A stretch of DNA of 64,000 bases from Candidatus Falkowbacteria bacterium (GCA_963774955.1 CAVZGV010000006.1:8354-72353); one strand, 5' to 3'; numbered from the stretch's first letter, positions 1 through 9,414 are shown. A program made the numbers and translations. Notes: a model not told the origin generated them from the sequence alone.

Positions 1-109
1 TCTTTTTCTCGCCTTCATGTTTAATAATCCGCCGTTTCTTGCCGCATTCGGTACAAATATCCTCGGGCGGCTTATAGCCATTTCTTTTACCTGGCCTTGT
101 TTTTTTCAA
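1..109 (-). CDS. Partial small basic Cys-containing protein (5' end of a gene running off the left edge or ending near nt 3)
   Basis: Reverse-complement translation gives ...KKTRPGKRNGYKPPEDICTECGKKRRIIKHEGEKK... The AGGAGGGG RBS is followed by a TTG/ATG-context start near nt 105. The gene is truncated by the window edge. Confidence 0.25.
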   Translation of the reverse strand, partial: MKKTRPGKRNGYKPPEDICTECGKKRRIIKHEGEKK

Positions 110-206
110 TGTCCCCTCCTGTTACTAATTGTCTAAACTTAGCAAATGATCTTGAAATTGTCAAACATAAAATCACCCCGCGATGCAGGGTGATTTTAAT
201 ATCCAA

Positions 207-692
207 TTATTTAATTTCAATTTTTACTTCATCACCGACTTTAAAATTGTTCTTTTCAGCCGCACCGCCGTTTAGTTCCAGGACATAATTAACTTCGCTG
301 TCAGAACGGTAAAGAGGCAGGTTAGCTTCATCAACCGTCGCTACAGGCACATTAGCCTGAATACCGATAATCTTATTATCATCGATCCAAATCATATCTA
401 AAGGAAATTGCATGTCTTTCATCCAGAAAGATCGGTATCTTTTATCAGGAAAAACAAAAAGCATGCCGGAATTTTGCTTTAAACTCTTACGATTTGAAAG
501 TCCGGCGATTAATTGTTCAGGGGTTTTGGCAAGCTCAACATTTATGGTTTTGCCATTAATAATTACCTTGCCTTTTTCCAAGCCGGAGGTAAAATATCCG
601 GGATTAGTCAAGATTATTACGGCTATTACCACGAAAATAAAAACCAGTAACGCTGTAATTATTAAGATTGTATTTAACTTAGATTTAGCCAT
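207..692 (-). CDS. DUF192 family protein (COG1430-like), N-terminal TM anchor
   Basis: 161 aa. It has an N-terminal hydrophobic helix followed by a DUF192-like core (…LFVFPDKRYRSFWMKDMQFPLDMIWID…VLELNGG…). Confidence 0.6.
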   Translation of the reverse strand: MAKSKLNTILIITALLVFIFVVIAVIILTNPGYFTSGLEKGKVIINGKTINVELAKTPEQLIAGLSNRKSLKQNSGMLFVFPDKRYRSFWMKDMQFPLDMIWIDDNKIIGIQANVPVATVDEANLPLYRSDSEVNYVLELNGGAAEKNNFKVGDEVKIEIK

Positions 693-695
693 ATT

Positions 696-1790
696 TTATA
701 TACTTTTAGACTGTTGATTTTTCTGTTTATATATAATAACAAGGATTGCGGCTAAAATCAACATAAATACTGCCAGGGCTAATAAAGCCAGCAATTTCCC
801 AAAGGTTTGTAAAAAGAGAGCAAATGACCCGAATAAAGCGGTTAAACAATATAAAAACACGACTGCCTGTCGATGTGATAATCCTATATCAAGTAGCCGA
901 AAATGTAAATGCTTACGGTCAGCCAGGCTGATTTTACGATAATAAATCAGACGGCGTAAAATGACCCAGACAACATCCAGAATGGGTACGCCCATGATTA
1001 AAAGCGCTGTTGCCACCTTTGACCCGGAAATAATAGCCAAGATACCCAACATTAACCCGGCCAGCAAACTGCCGCCTTCACCCAGAAAAATCCTGGCTGG
1101 ATGGAAATTAAGCAGTAAAAATCCGGCAAAAGCCCCGGCTAAAATAATGGCTATCAAGGCGGTATTAAACTGCGCCACTTCCTTATTTATAGCCACAGCA
1201 AAAATTATTAATGAGCCAATGACGGTAATTCCGGAGACTAAGCCGTCAAGCCCGTCCAGTAATTTCGTGGTATACATCATACCCATTAACCAAATCAGCG
1301 TAAATAAATCAGCGAATAAAGTCACCTTATAAGGAATTCCTTGAAACCAAAAAAGTATAAATTGCCAGTTATTGAAACTGATAATGCCGCCAAACGGATT
1401 TCTGATATGGCTGATGCCAATGCCACTGGCAACAATAACAATAGCGGCTAAAATCGGAAATATTATTTGGGATTTTGGTTGCCAATGATATTTATCGTCT
1501 AAAAAACCACCGATAATAATAAGCAGGCCGGCCAGGATGATCCCGACTATAAATTTGGGCTGAATAAAATCATAAATTATAAAATCCGTAAAATAGCTGT
1601 AAAAAACCAAAACCGAGGCAAAACTAAAAAAAACCGCCAGACCGCCCAGCAAAGGCATTGGGGTTTTATGGATCTTTCTCTCGCCAATCGGCTGATCAAC
1701 AATTTTAAAATATAAGGCAATTTTCCTGACCAACACAGTCAAAATCGCAGAGAGAATAAAAGTAATGACAAAAGCTAATAAATAATTCAT
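696..1790 (-). CDS. Glycosyltransferase family 4 polyprenyl-phosphate sugar-1-phosphate transferase (MraY/WecA/TagO family)
   Basis: 364 aa polytopic membrane protein. It carries DDxxD-like (FLDDKYH) and LDGLDGL motifs typical of MraY/WecA-family transferases. Confidence 0.7.
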   Translation of the reverse strand: MNYLLAFVITFILSAILTVLVRKIALYFKIVDQPIGERKIHKTPMPLLGGLAVFFSFASVLVFYSYFTDFIIYDFIQPKFIVGIILAGLLIIIGGFLDDKYHWQPKSQIIFPILAAIVIVASGIGISHIRNPFGGIISFNNWQFILFWFQGIPYKVTLFADLFTLIWLMGMMYTTKLLDGLDGLVSGITVIGSLIIFAVAINKEVAQFNTALIAIILAGAFAGFLLLNFHPARIFLGEGGSLLAGLMLGILAIISGSKVATALLIMGVPILDVVWVILRRLIYYRKISLADRKHLHFRLLDIGLSHRQAVVFLYCLTALFGSFALFLQTFGKLLALLALAVFMLILAAILVIIYKQKNQQSKSI

Positions 1791-1793
1791 ATA

Positions 1794-4559
1794 TTATAAT
1801 TCTCTGGCTTTTTCCACTCTAATTACTCCCCCTTTTTCCAAGATGGCCACATCGCGGCGGCCGATTTTACCGGTTATTAAATAATTAGCCAAAGCATTGT
1901 CCACATGATCCTGAATAGCCCGACGCAAGGGTCTGGCTCCGTATTGAGGATCAAACCCGATCTGAGCCAATTCTCTGACGGCCTCTTCAGTAGCCTGAAA
2001 ATTTATACCTTTGGCTTCCATGGCTTGGGCTACTCTGGCCAGCATTAAGCCGGTTATTTTAATGACTTCTTCAAGACCCAACGGTTTGAAAATTATTATA
2101 TTATCAAATCTATTTATAAATTCCGGTTTGAAATACTGTTTTAGCTCAGTTTCTAAAAGCTGACGCTTTATGGCCTCAACCGTTAACCCGGCCGCCAGTT
2201 GCTGCTGGATAAAATTCGTTTGGGCGTTGGAAGTGGCAATCAAAATTACATTGGTAAAATCAATAGTCCTGCCGGATGAATCTGTCAGCCGTCCGTCATC
2301 CATAACCTGTAAAAAAAGATTCAAAATATCAGGATGAGCTTTTTCCAATTCATCTAAAAGTACGATGCAATAAGGCTTTTTCCTGACTGCTTCGGTTAAA
2401 ATACCACCGCCTCCGGAACCGGCATATCCGGGCGGAGCTCCAATCAACCGGTTAACAGCCGAGGCTTCCTGATATTCAGACATATCAACTCTAACCATAT
2501 TCTCCTCATTGCCGAAATAAACTTCGGCAATAGTTTTGGCTAATTCTGTTTTACCGACACCGGTCGGTCCTAAAAATAATAAATTAGCAATCGGTCTGGT
2601 TGTTTCACGTAATTCGGCCCTGGCCCGTCTCAAGCTGTTAGCCACGGCAGAAACAGCCTCTTCCTGGTCAATCATGCGCTCATGAATTATCTCTTCCAGT
2701 TTAAGCAATTTTTCCGATTCACCTTCTGTAATTTGAGTAACTTTCATGCCGATTTTTTCAGACATCAAGGTCGCCACATCATTGCCTGTGACCAAACAAT
2801 TGGCACCTTTGGTTTTCCTGGCCCAAACTGCAACTTCTTCCAATAAAGTAATGGCCTTGTAAGGCAAAAATTGGTCGTGGATAAAACGATCAGTCAATTT
2901 AACAGCTGATTCAAGCGCATCATAGGTTAAAAAAACATTATTCTTATTTTCAATATAACCGGCCTTACCTTCAATAATCTGAATGGCACCGTTTAATTCC
3001 GGTTCCTTAATTTCAATCTTTTTAATTATATTTCCCAAATTACTCCTCTCGATATAACTCGTATAATTGGCTGAAGTGCTGCCGCTGATTAAAATAAATA
3101 AATTTTTTGACAAAGCTTCGGCTAAAACCTCTATTAAACCGCTGCCACCGCTCATGGCTATTAAATCATGAATATTGTCAATATATAAAATGACATTGCC
3201 GGCGCGCGCTATTTCGTTAAAACAGATATAAAGTCTTTCCTGAACCTGGCTGATACTTGCACCTGCCACTAATTTTGGAATGCTCAAGCTTACCAGGCGC
3301 TTATCCTGCAAAAAATCCGGCAAATCATCGGCAATCATTTTTTGCGCCAGCCCCTCAATTATTGCTGTTTTACCTACACCCGGCTCCCCGACCATAATTA
3401 CTGCCTTGATGCTACTGCCTTCCAAAACACGATATATTTCGGAAAATTCCTGATCGCGATCAACTGAAATGTCCAAATACCCCTGTTTGGCTAACATAGT
3501 CAAATCTTCGGAAAACTGATTTAAAAGCGGAGTTTGAACTGCGGTCATGGCCCGATCAAGGCCGGTCTTGGATTTCAGCTTAGAACTTGTTCGATAAAGC
3601 TGCCATTGTTGCTTTAATTTACGCTGAATTCTAAACCAAACAATGACGTTATCAATTTTTTCCGGAGTAATTCCGATATCCATGAATACTTCCATTATAT
3701 ACTCATCATTTCTAACAGACTCATAAAGGATATCCAAGGTTTCAACTACTTCCAGATGATTTATATAAGCCTGACGATAAGCTTTGATCATAATCTTCCT
3801 GGCTTCGGTGGCAAATACTGTTTCAGTCTCGCTTTGAGGATAACGGGCAGCTAGTCGGCTGATTTTTGCCGATAAATCATTAAGGTCAATGCCCAAACGG
3901 ATGAAAACATTCTGAGCTTTGCCTGAAAGCAGTAAGGCTGCAATCAAAAAATGGACTGGGGCTACTTCTAAGGCTTTATGGCTATAAGCCAGATCATAAG
4001 CCTTCTCAACTATTTTCAAAGCCTCTTCGGAAAAAGTCTTGCTAATGTCAATTTTATACTTATGACTAATACCTTTGACAGATTGCCAATCAACCGGGGG
4101 CGGTGCCAGCAGGCTCAAATCACCTTCGGCTTGATATTTTTTGGCGACAACTTTTACTTTCCGGTCGTTTTTCAAGGAATTAAAATATATGATAAACAAA
4201 TCGAAAAATAACGAGAGCCAGAAATAAAAATGATATTGATTTGGACTTTGCCAATAATTTAAAGATAATATCTGGTAATAATCAAAATTAGTCAGGTAAA
4301 AAGAATAAACCAAGCTAGTAATACCGCCTAAGCCAATAACCAATAAAATCACTTTTATTATAAAATCAATAACCCGTTCCACTTTGTATAATTTAAGATG
4401 AGGATAGTCAATGACTCTATCCCAAAATAAAATATATGAGTCCAAACTGCCGATAATTCCCCGGCCGTCACAAACCTGACACTTTTTAGCGGCTAAGTGC
4501 CCAACCCCGTTACAATTGGAACAAATTAGAAACTGCAAATTTTCTTTGTCATTTGCCAT
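1794..4559 (-). CDS. ClpC/ClpA-like double-AAA+ unfoldase with unusual N-terminal Cys4 zinc ribbon and two TM helices
   Basis: 921 aa. D1 Walker A is GEPGVGKTAI and D2 Walker A is GPTGVGKTELAK. Clp_N-like repeats lie upstream of D1. The first ~130 aa contain CSNC…CQVC plus two hydrophobic helices. Confidence 0.8.
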   Translation of the reverse strand: MANDKENLQFLICSNCNGVGHLAAKKCQVCDGRGIIGSLDSYILFWDRVIDYPHLKLYKVERVIDFIIKVILLVIGLGGITSLVYSFYLTNFDYYQILSLNYWQSPNQYHFYFWLSLFFDLFIIYFNSLKNDRKVKVVAKKYQAEGDLSLLAPPPVDWQSVKGISHKYKIDISKTFSEEALKIVEKAYDLAYSHKALEVAPVHFLIAALLLSGKAQNVFIRLGIDLNDLSAKISRLAARYPQSETETVFATEARKIMIKAYRQAYINHLEVVETLDILYESVRNDEYIMEVFMDIGITPEKIDNVIVWFRIQRKLKQQWQLYRTSSKLKSKTGLDRAMTAVQTPLLNQFSEDLTMLAKQGYLDISVDRDQEFSEIYRVLEGSSIKAVIMVGEPGVGKTAIIEGLAQKMIADDLPDFLQDKRLVSLSIPKLVAGASISQVQERLYICFNEIARAGNVILYIDNIHDLIAMSGGSGLIEVLAEALSKNLFILISGSTSANYTSYIERSNLGNIIKKIEIKEPELNGAIQIIEGKAGYIENKNNVFLTYDALESAVKLTDRFIHDQFLPYKAITLLEEVAVWARKTKGANCLVTGNDVATLMSEKIGMKVTQITEGESEKLLKLEEIIHERMIDQEEAVSAVANSLRRARAELRETTRPIANLLFLGPTGVGKTELAKTIAEVYFGNEENMVRVDMSEYQEASAVNRLIGAPPGYAGSGGGGILTEAVRKKPYCIVLLDELEKAHPDILNLFLQVMDDGRLTDSSGRTIDFTNVILIATSNAQTNFIQQQLAAGLTVEAIKRQLLETELKQYFKPEFINRFDNIIIFKPLGLEEVIKITGLMLARVAQAMEAKGINFQATEEAVRELAQIGFDPQYGARPLRRAIQDHVDNALANYLITGKIGRRDVAILEKGGVIRVEKAREL

Positions 4560-4564
4560 TTTTG

Positions 4565-4939
4565 TTAGGTTAAATTACCAAAAGATAATACAAGCATATA
4601 GAGAATAAGTATGGGTAAAACCAGCCAAAATATATAGAAAACCAGAACTAAAATGATTATGCCCAGTAAAGCCAAGCCCTTGAATATAATCTGAAATATT
4701 CTCAGAAAAAAACTGATTGCCCGGCCCGCAAAATCTGTCTGACCAAACATGGGCACAAACAAATTTTTCAGCCAGATAGAAAAACCAAGAGTCAGATCAA
4801 AATCCCGAATCATACCTAGCCCGCCTTTTAAAACTTTCAGTAAGCCTTGCCCGTACCACCACAACGGAAAATATAAAAAATTCCTAATTTCAGCAATTAG
4901 AAGTAAAATTGTTATTTTGCCTAAACTCGCATTGTTCAT
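4565..4939 (-). CDS. Small polytopic membrane protein, unknown function (start taken at internal Met; ORF could extend to 5065)
   Basis: Hydrophobic helices run throughout. The longer ORF overlaps the RBS-supported small gene at 4998..5237, so the internal start MNNASLGK is preferred. Confidence 0.4.
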   Translation of the reverse strand: MNNASLGKITILLLIAEIRNFLYFPLWWYGQGLLKVLKGGLGMIRDFDLTLGFSIWLKNLFVPMFGQTDFAGRAISFFLRIFQIIFKGLALLGIIILVLVFYIFWLVLPILILYMLVLSFGNLT

Positions 4940-4997
4940 AGTATTATTTATTAATATAATTTTACCATATTTTGGCAGAAAATTAAACAGGGCCTGT

Positions 4998-5237
4998 TTA
5001 TACAGGCCCGGAATTTGTCTCTGGGGAATTTGTCGCCTTGACCTCAAGAAAATTGAGTAAAACATTCAATTCCGATTCTGACGTCCCCAAGTCCGCCCAG
5101 GAAAAGTCACCGCCGTTAACCCGCAATTTAATATTGTTTATCATGATTAAAGCGGCCTGATAATTAAAGGCCTTATTGCGTAAACAGTTGATAGCGCCCT
5201 GACAAGCTGTAATTTTCCGCTGTTTATCATCATCCAC
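4998..5237 (-). CDS. Hypothetical 79-aa protein (GTG start)
   Basis: AAGGAGGTGA lies 6-7 nt upstream of a GTG start. The product is MDDDKQRKITACQGAINCL…. Confidence 0.4.
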   Translation of the reverse strand: MDDDKQRKITACQGAINCLRNKAFNYQAALIMINNIKLRVNGGDFSWADLGTSESELNVLLNFLEVKATNSPETNSGPV

Positions 5238-5280
5238 GGCTCACCTCCTTTTCCGCTAAAGTTTTTTTAACGAAATTCCG

Positions 5281-6396
5281 CTACAGTTTCTGCCTTTGAA
5301 TTGCCTCTCTGATTACGCGCATTAGCTCCAGGTAAAACTCCACATTATTCAAAGTTGCCAAACGCAAACCCAACCCCTCCTCGGTTTTCAAGAGATGATA
5401 AAGGTACGCTTTGGAATGAGTATGCAGCAACTTGATTTTTGAACTGGTGTTAATCGGCTTTAAATTATCCTTATACTCACTGTTTTTTATATTGATAGTA
5501 TTGTAATAAATAGTGCCAAACAACTTAAGTGCTCCTTTTTGACGCTGAGTACAAAATTGATACAAGCGGCCATGACGCGCTTCCCTGGTCGGAATCACGC
5601 AATCAAACATATCTATGCCCTGTTTTAACGCAAAGACAATTTCTTCAGGACGGCCTAAGCCCATTAAATATCTGGGCGCATCAGCCGGCATCTTCGGCGC
5701 TATATGCTGTAAAATTTTATACATATCTTGACGATCTTCGCCCACGGCCAAACCGCCTAAAGCATAACCGGAAAAACCCAGGCTGGTAATCTGTTGCAAA
5801 CTTAATTCCCTTAAATCCTTAAAAATACTACCCTGAATAATACCAAAGAGCATTTGCTTAGTCTTTTTCTTTTGCCACTGTTTTCTGCATATTTGGGCCC
5901 AGTTATAGGTCATATCCACAGCTTCCCGAATCTTATCCTTGGGCGCATTACCTTCGGGACAAATATCTAAAGCCATCATAATATCAACACCCAAATCCTG
6001 CTGAATCTGAATCGCTTTGGCCGGCGTTAAAAAGTGTTTGGAACCGTCTAAATGAGACTGAAATTCCACACCCTCTAGCTTGATTTTCCTTATTTTTGAC
6101 AAGGAAAAAACTTGATATCCGCCGGAATCAGTCAAAATCGGCCTGGGCCAATTCATAAACTTATGAAGGCCTCCGGCTTTCTTTATCAGTTTTTCACCAG
6201 GCTGTAAATATAAATGGTAAGTATTGGCCAAAATAATCTCAGCGTCTAATTCATTCAATTCCTCTCCTGATAAATTCTTAACCGCGCCTTTAGTGGCAAT
6301 CGGCATAAAAAATGGCGTATTAATGCTACCATGGCCTGTTTTCAAGATCCCAAGCCTAGCTTTGGATTTTTTCGATTGTTTCAGTAATTTAAACAT
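5281..6396 (-). CDS. tgt: Queuine tRNA-ribosyltransferase (Tgt); the canonical CxCxxC…H zinc site appears replaced (SSKIKLLHTHSKAYLYHL)
   Basis: 371 aa. The N-terminus reads LGILKTGHGSINTPFFMPIATKGAVKNL. Catalytic Asp contexts are LTDSGGYQV and DMFDCVIPTR. The ending is Tgt-like. Confidence 0.85.
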   Translation of the reverse strand: MFKLLKQSKKSKARLGILKTGHGSINTPFFMPIATKGAVKNLSGEELNELDAEIILANTYHLYLQPGEKLIKKAGGLHKFMNWPRPILTDSGGYQVFSLSKIRKIKLEGVEFQSHLDGSKHFLTPAKAIQIQQDLGVDIMMALDICPEGNAPKDKIREAVDMTYNWAQICRKQWQKKKTKQMLFGIIQGSIFKDLRELSLQQITSLGFSGYALGGLAVGEDRQDMYKILQHIAPKMPADAPRYLMGLGRPEEIVFALKQGIDMFDCVIPTREARHGRLYQFCTQRQKGALKLFGTIYYNTINIKNSEYKDNLKPINTSSKIKLLHTHSKAYLYHLLKTEEGLGLRLATLNNVEFYLELMRVIREAIQRQKL

Positions 6397-6481
6397 TAGT
6401 ATATTTACAAAATAATTAACTTCTGCTAATATTTGGTAATCAAGGGATCAAAAACGGTTCTTTATAAGGAGGACTTTAAAG

Positions 6482-7273
6482 ATGGATCGAAAAGGAGCGC
6501 GGCATTACCGGAAGCATCCCAGGATGAAAAAAACAGACTACCTTTATTTGCCGCTGATCAAAATCACCCCCAAGCCCATCACGCCAAACCATTTGTCACT
6601 GATCCGCCTCTTGCTTGCGCTCCCTATCATTGTACTCATTTTTCTGCACTTTTTCAAGGTCGCTGCCGTCTTTTTCTTAATTGCGGCCATATTTGACGGC
6701 CTGGACGGAGCCCTGGCCCGCTATCGCGATCAAGAGACTAAACTGGGCGCGATCATTGACCCCACAGCTGACAAGGCAGTCAATTTTATGGTTTGGATCG
6801 GCTTTCTTTTCTACATTAAAAACGACATCTATTTGGGCTCGATCCTAACCATCATCATCATTGATTCCTGCCTGTTTGCCGTGGCCTTGCTCAAATTCTT
6901 TATCAAGGACATTTTCCCGAAACTGGAAAAAAGCAGTCATTACTTTGAAGAGCTGGGTATCCCCCAGATCATCAACGAAATTGACGTCAGCAGAACCGGC
7001 GCCAATAAGTGGGGCAAAACCAAAATGGTCCTGCAAATCATTGTCATTTCGGCTCTGCTGCTCTTTGACCCGGCCACTTCAGTCAGGCTCCACGAAACTT
7101 TTATGTTTTTGCCCGATCACCTGAGCCTACTGCATCTTTCATTCCCATTGTTAGTGGCCTGCATTGTCTTTGGCTTACTCAGTCTCTATGGACATATTCA
7201 GGTAATCAGCTTCAATAAAGAAAAAGGACCAGAGACTGAATATCCAGTTCAACTAAAGCTCCCAGGCATATAA
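6482..7273 (+). CDS. CDP-alcohol phosphatidyltransferase family protein
   Basis: Carries the D-G-x2-A-R…G…D…D motif (FDGLDGALARYRDQETKLGAIIDPTADKAVN) in a polytopic membrane protein. The true start is probably an internal Met near 6524. Confidence 0.75.
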   Translation: MDRKGARHYRKHPRMKKTDYLYLPLIKITPKPITPNHLSLIRLLLALPIIVLIFLHFFKVAAVFFLIAAIFDGLDGALARYRDQETKLGAIIDPTADKAVNFMVWIGFLFYIKNDIYLGSILTIIIIDSCLFAVALLKFFIKDIFPKLEKSSHYFEELGIPQIINEIDVSRTGANKWGKTKMVLQIIVISALLLFDPATSVRLHETFMFLPDHLSLLHLSFPLLVACIVFGLLSLYGHIQVISFNKEKGPETEYPVQLKLPGI

Positions 7274-7297
7274 ATTCAAATGCCGCCAAGCAAAAGT

Positions 7298-7330
7298 AAA
7301 GGACGTTTCCGTACGGAAACGTCCTTTTAA
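7298..7330. terminator. Bidirectional intrinsic terminator between convergent genes
   Basis: AAAGGACGTTTCCG-TACG-GAAACGTCCTTTTAA is a perfect 13-bp stem flanked by an A-run on one side and a T-run on the other. Confidence 0.7.
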
Positions 7331-7361
7331 ATATATAAAATTTATCAATTACTTATGGCAA

Positions 7362-7727
7362 TTATCTATTCATAGCCACGGTAGAACCATTTGCCTGCAG
7401 GTATTCAATGCGGGAAACTTCAACCATATTCAACTTGGCAACTTTTTCTTCAAGGCGGCTGGTCGAGCGGAGTTGAGTTATTTCAATTTGTAATTTTTGA
7501 TTAGCATCTTTAAGTTCAGCAGCTTTGTCCTCCAACTCCCTGATTTGATAACCTCTGGTTGCCATTCCATTAATCTGCCACAAATAAACCATGCCGACGC
7601 AAAATATCAAAACTCCCATCAATAATAATTTATTTCTGTTTTTGTTTTGATAATTTGGATTCTGGTCAATATCAGCTAGCTTTTCCTTGAGACTCTGCCA
7701 TTTAGTTGATAAAAATGCTTTTCTCAT
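7362..7727 (-). CDS. ftsL: FtsL-like cell division protein (single TM + coiled coil)
   Basis: 121 aa. It sits immediately downstream of rsmH in the mraZ-rsmH-ftsL order. It has one TM helix followed by a coiled coil (…IRELEDKAAELKDANQKLQIEITQL…). Confidence 0.55.
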   Translation of the reverse strand: MRKAFLSTKWQSLKEKLADIDQNPNYQNKNRNKLLLMGVLIFCVGMVYLWQINGMATRGYQIRELEDKAAELKDANQKLQIEITQLRSTSRLEEKVAKLNMVEVSRIEYLQANGSTVAMNR

Positions 7728-7760
7728 AATTTTCCCCCTAATATCTAAATTTACTTATTA

Positions 7761-8693
7761 TTAAAGTTTGACAATTGCTCTTAATTTGGCGCTTCTGCTT
7801 CTGGGATTGGCCTTTACTTCAGCCAGTCCTGCCTCAACTACCTTTTTAGTTAATATTTTTATCCTGGGCTGATGATTACAGATGCAAACCGGTAATTTTG
7901 GCGGGCAAATACAGCCTTTAGCTTCATTTTTAAAAAAATCCTTAACGATTCGATCTTCCAGGGAATGAAAGGAAATAACAACTAATCTTCCTCCCGGTGG
8001 CAATATTTCCATAATTTGAGGCAACACTTCCTGCAAATTTTCCAATTCATGATTCACCTCTATTCTTAAGGACTGAAAGACCTTGGTAGCCACGTGAATT
8101 TTTGGTTTAGGCTTATGCAGATAGACTTTTTCAATAATTTGCACCAGATGATCAGTTGTTCTTATGGGTTTTAATTTACGTTCTTTTATAATTTCTCTGA
8201 CAATCTCTTTGGCGTATCTTTCTTCTCCGTATTCTTTGAAAATTTTAACCAAATTTTCTTCTTTATATTGATTGATGATATAAGCAGCGGTTTTTTCCGT
8301 ACTGCCAAAACGCATATCTAAAAATGCAGAACCGCGAAAAGAAAATCCGCGCGTTTGGTCTTCAAGCTCAGCGCTAGACAGCCCAAGGTCAAGTAAAATG
8401 CCGTTAATTTGATTAAATCCTGGGATATCATAAACTATTTTCTTTAAATTTTTGTAATTTTCTCTGTTTAAAATTATTCTATCTTTGAATTCGTGTAAAT
8501 TTTCATTGGCCGCCGAAATAGCCTGCTGATCTAAATCAAGAGCTAGAACCTTTCCAGCAGGACCATTAAGTTTTAAAATTTCCCTGGTATGTCCGCCGCC
8601 GCCAACAGTACAATCAATAAAATTTTCATTAGCTTTTGGCGCTAAATACTGCAAAACTTCCTGAACTAATACCGGCTGATGTTTATAATCCAT
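7761..8693 (-). CDS. rsmH: 16S rRNA (cytosine1402-N4)-methyltransferase RsmH (MraW)
   Basis: 310 aa. Begins MDYKHQPVLVQEVLQYL…DCTVGGGGHT. Lies in conserved synteny with mraZ. Confidence 0.9.
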   Translation of the reverse strand: MDYKHQPVLVQEVLQYLAPKANENFIDCTVGGGGHTREILKLNGPAGKVLALDLDQQAISAANENLHEFKDRIILNRENYKNLKKIVYDIPGFNQINGILLDLGLSSAELEDQTRGFSFRGSAFLDMRFGSTEKTAAYIINQYKEENLVKIFKEYGEERYAKEIVREIIKERKLKPIRTTDHLVQIIEKVYLHKPKPKIHVATKVFQSLRIEVNHELENLQEVLPQIMEILPPGGRLVVISFHSLEDRIVKDFFKNEAKGCICPPKLPVCICNHQPRIKILTKKVVEAGLAEVKANPRSRSAKLRAIVKL

Positions 8694-8780
8694 CGAATAA
8701 ATTTAATTAGCAACGAATATTTAATTATTTGTTTTTGTTTTAGGGGATATTGAATATCCCCAGTTTTGAGAAAACCTGTT

Positions 8781-8975
8781 TTAAGCCACGGCGATTTTGT
8801 AATCACCTTTACCGATTGGCTGTAAAAACGGGCTGCCTACTCCGTTGACGAAAGCTGAAAGCGCTCTTTTGGCTCTTGTCCTTTTGACAGGATCTGAATG
8901 CTTGGGTTGGCCTTCACTTGCAGGCGGCAACATGATTGTTCCGCCCCCATCTGGCAATTCAATGGCAACTTGCAT
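8781..8975 (-). CDS. Hypothetical 64-aa protein in GC-elevated mini-island
   Basis: AAGGAG RBS followed by ATG. Local GC is visibly higher than the flanking genes. Confidence 0.4.
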   Translation of the reverse strand: MQVAIELPDGGGTIMLPPASEGQPKHSDPVKRTRAKRALSAFVNGVGSPFLQPIGKGDYKIAVA

Positions 8976-9002
8976 GTTTTTTCTCCTTGGTTAGGACTCT
9001 TT

Positions 9003-9137
9003 AGCCGTTACCCAGACGATGCTGACCTTCTTACTGATAATCTGCTGCTGGTTTGTCACCATAGCTTCAAGCTTCGCTTCAAAATCAGGATCGTCCGGAT
9101 GAATCAGAAAGATATTATTCATGATTCCTCCTTGCCT
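9003..9137 (-). CDS. Hypothetical 44-aa protein (not in ORF track; found by eye)
   Basis: AAGGAGGAATC followed by ATG. The product is MNNIFLIHPDDPDFEAKLEAMVTNQQQIISKKVSIVWVTAKES, and the gene is tightly packed between two other small genes. Confidence 0.3.
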
Positions 9138-9138
9138 T

Positions 9139-9414
9139 TTAGGCAGTGGCTGAAACAAAATGCTTGAATGGTGTGAAGGGCTTGTCTACCTGATGTCCGC
9201 GACTGGGTATTTGCCTGATCCCTTGATGATCCGGCTCCAGAAGCGACTTTGAAAATGGCCGCTCTTTGACTGGGCTGGCGCATGGCTGACGACAAGTATC
9301 CAAAGCAGCAATTAACTCTGGGGTCATCTCCCCAATTTCTCCGAATTGCTTCTTGGGACCTTCATCATCCAAACCAAACCAATAAACCTTAGCTCGTTCA
9401 GACAATTCGTTCAT
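9139..9414 (-). CDS. Hypothetical 91-aa protein in GC-elevated mini-island
   Basis: GGGGAGGAAGG RBS followed by ATG. GC is elevated. Confidence 0.4.
   Translation of the reverse strand: MNELSERAKVYWFGLDDEGPKKQFGEIGEMTPELIAALDTCRQPCASPVKERPFSKSLLEPDHQGIRQIPSRGHQVDKPFTPFKHFVSATA

Noticed and set aside
961-1332. Plus-strand ORFs of 60-270 aa lying entirely inside long minus-strand genes. Examples are 961..1332, 3978..4211, 41351..41911, 43861..44154, 44546..45014, 47509..48321 and 51389..51718.
   Set aside because: They are antisense shadow ORFs of well-supported genes. They have no RBS or start context and their composition mirrors the sense strand. The 47509..48321 and 43861..44154 cases simply reflect the repetitive coding sequence opposite them.
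6433-6696. 87-aa plus-strand ORF overlapping the start of the CDP-alcohol phosphatidyltransferase gene.
   Set aside because: It is an alternative frame of the same region and is Pro/His-rich nonsense. The transferase frame continues into conserved motifs.
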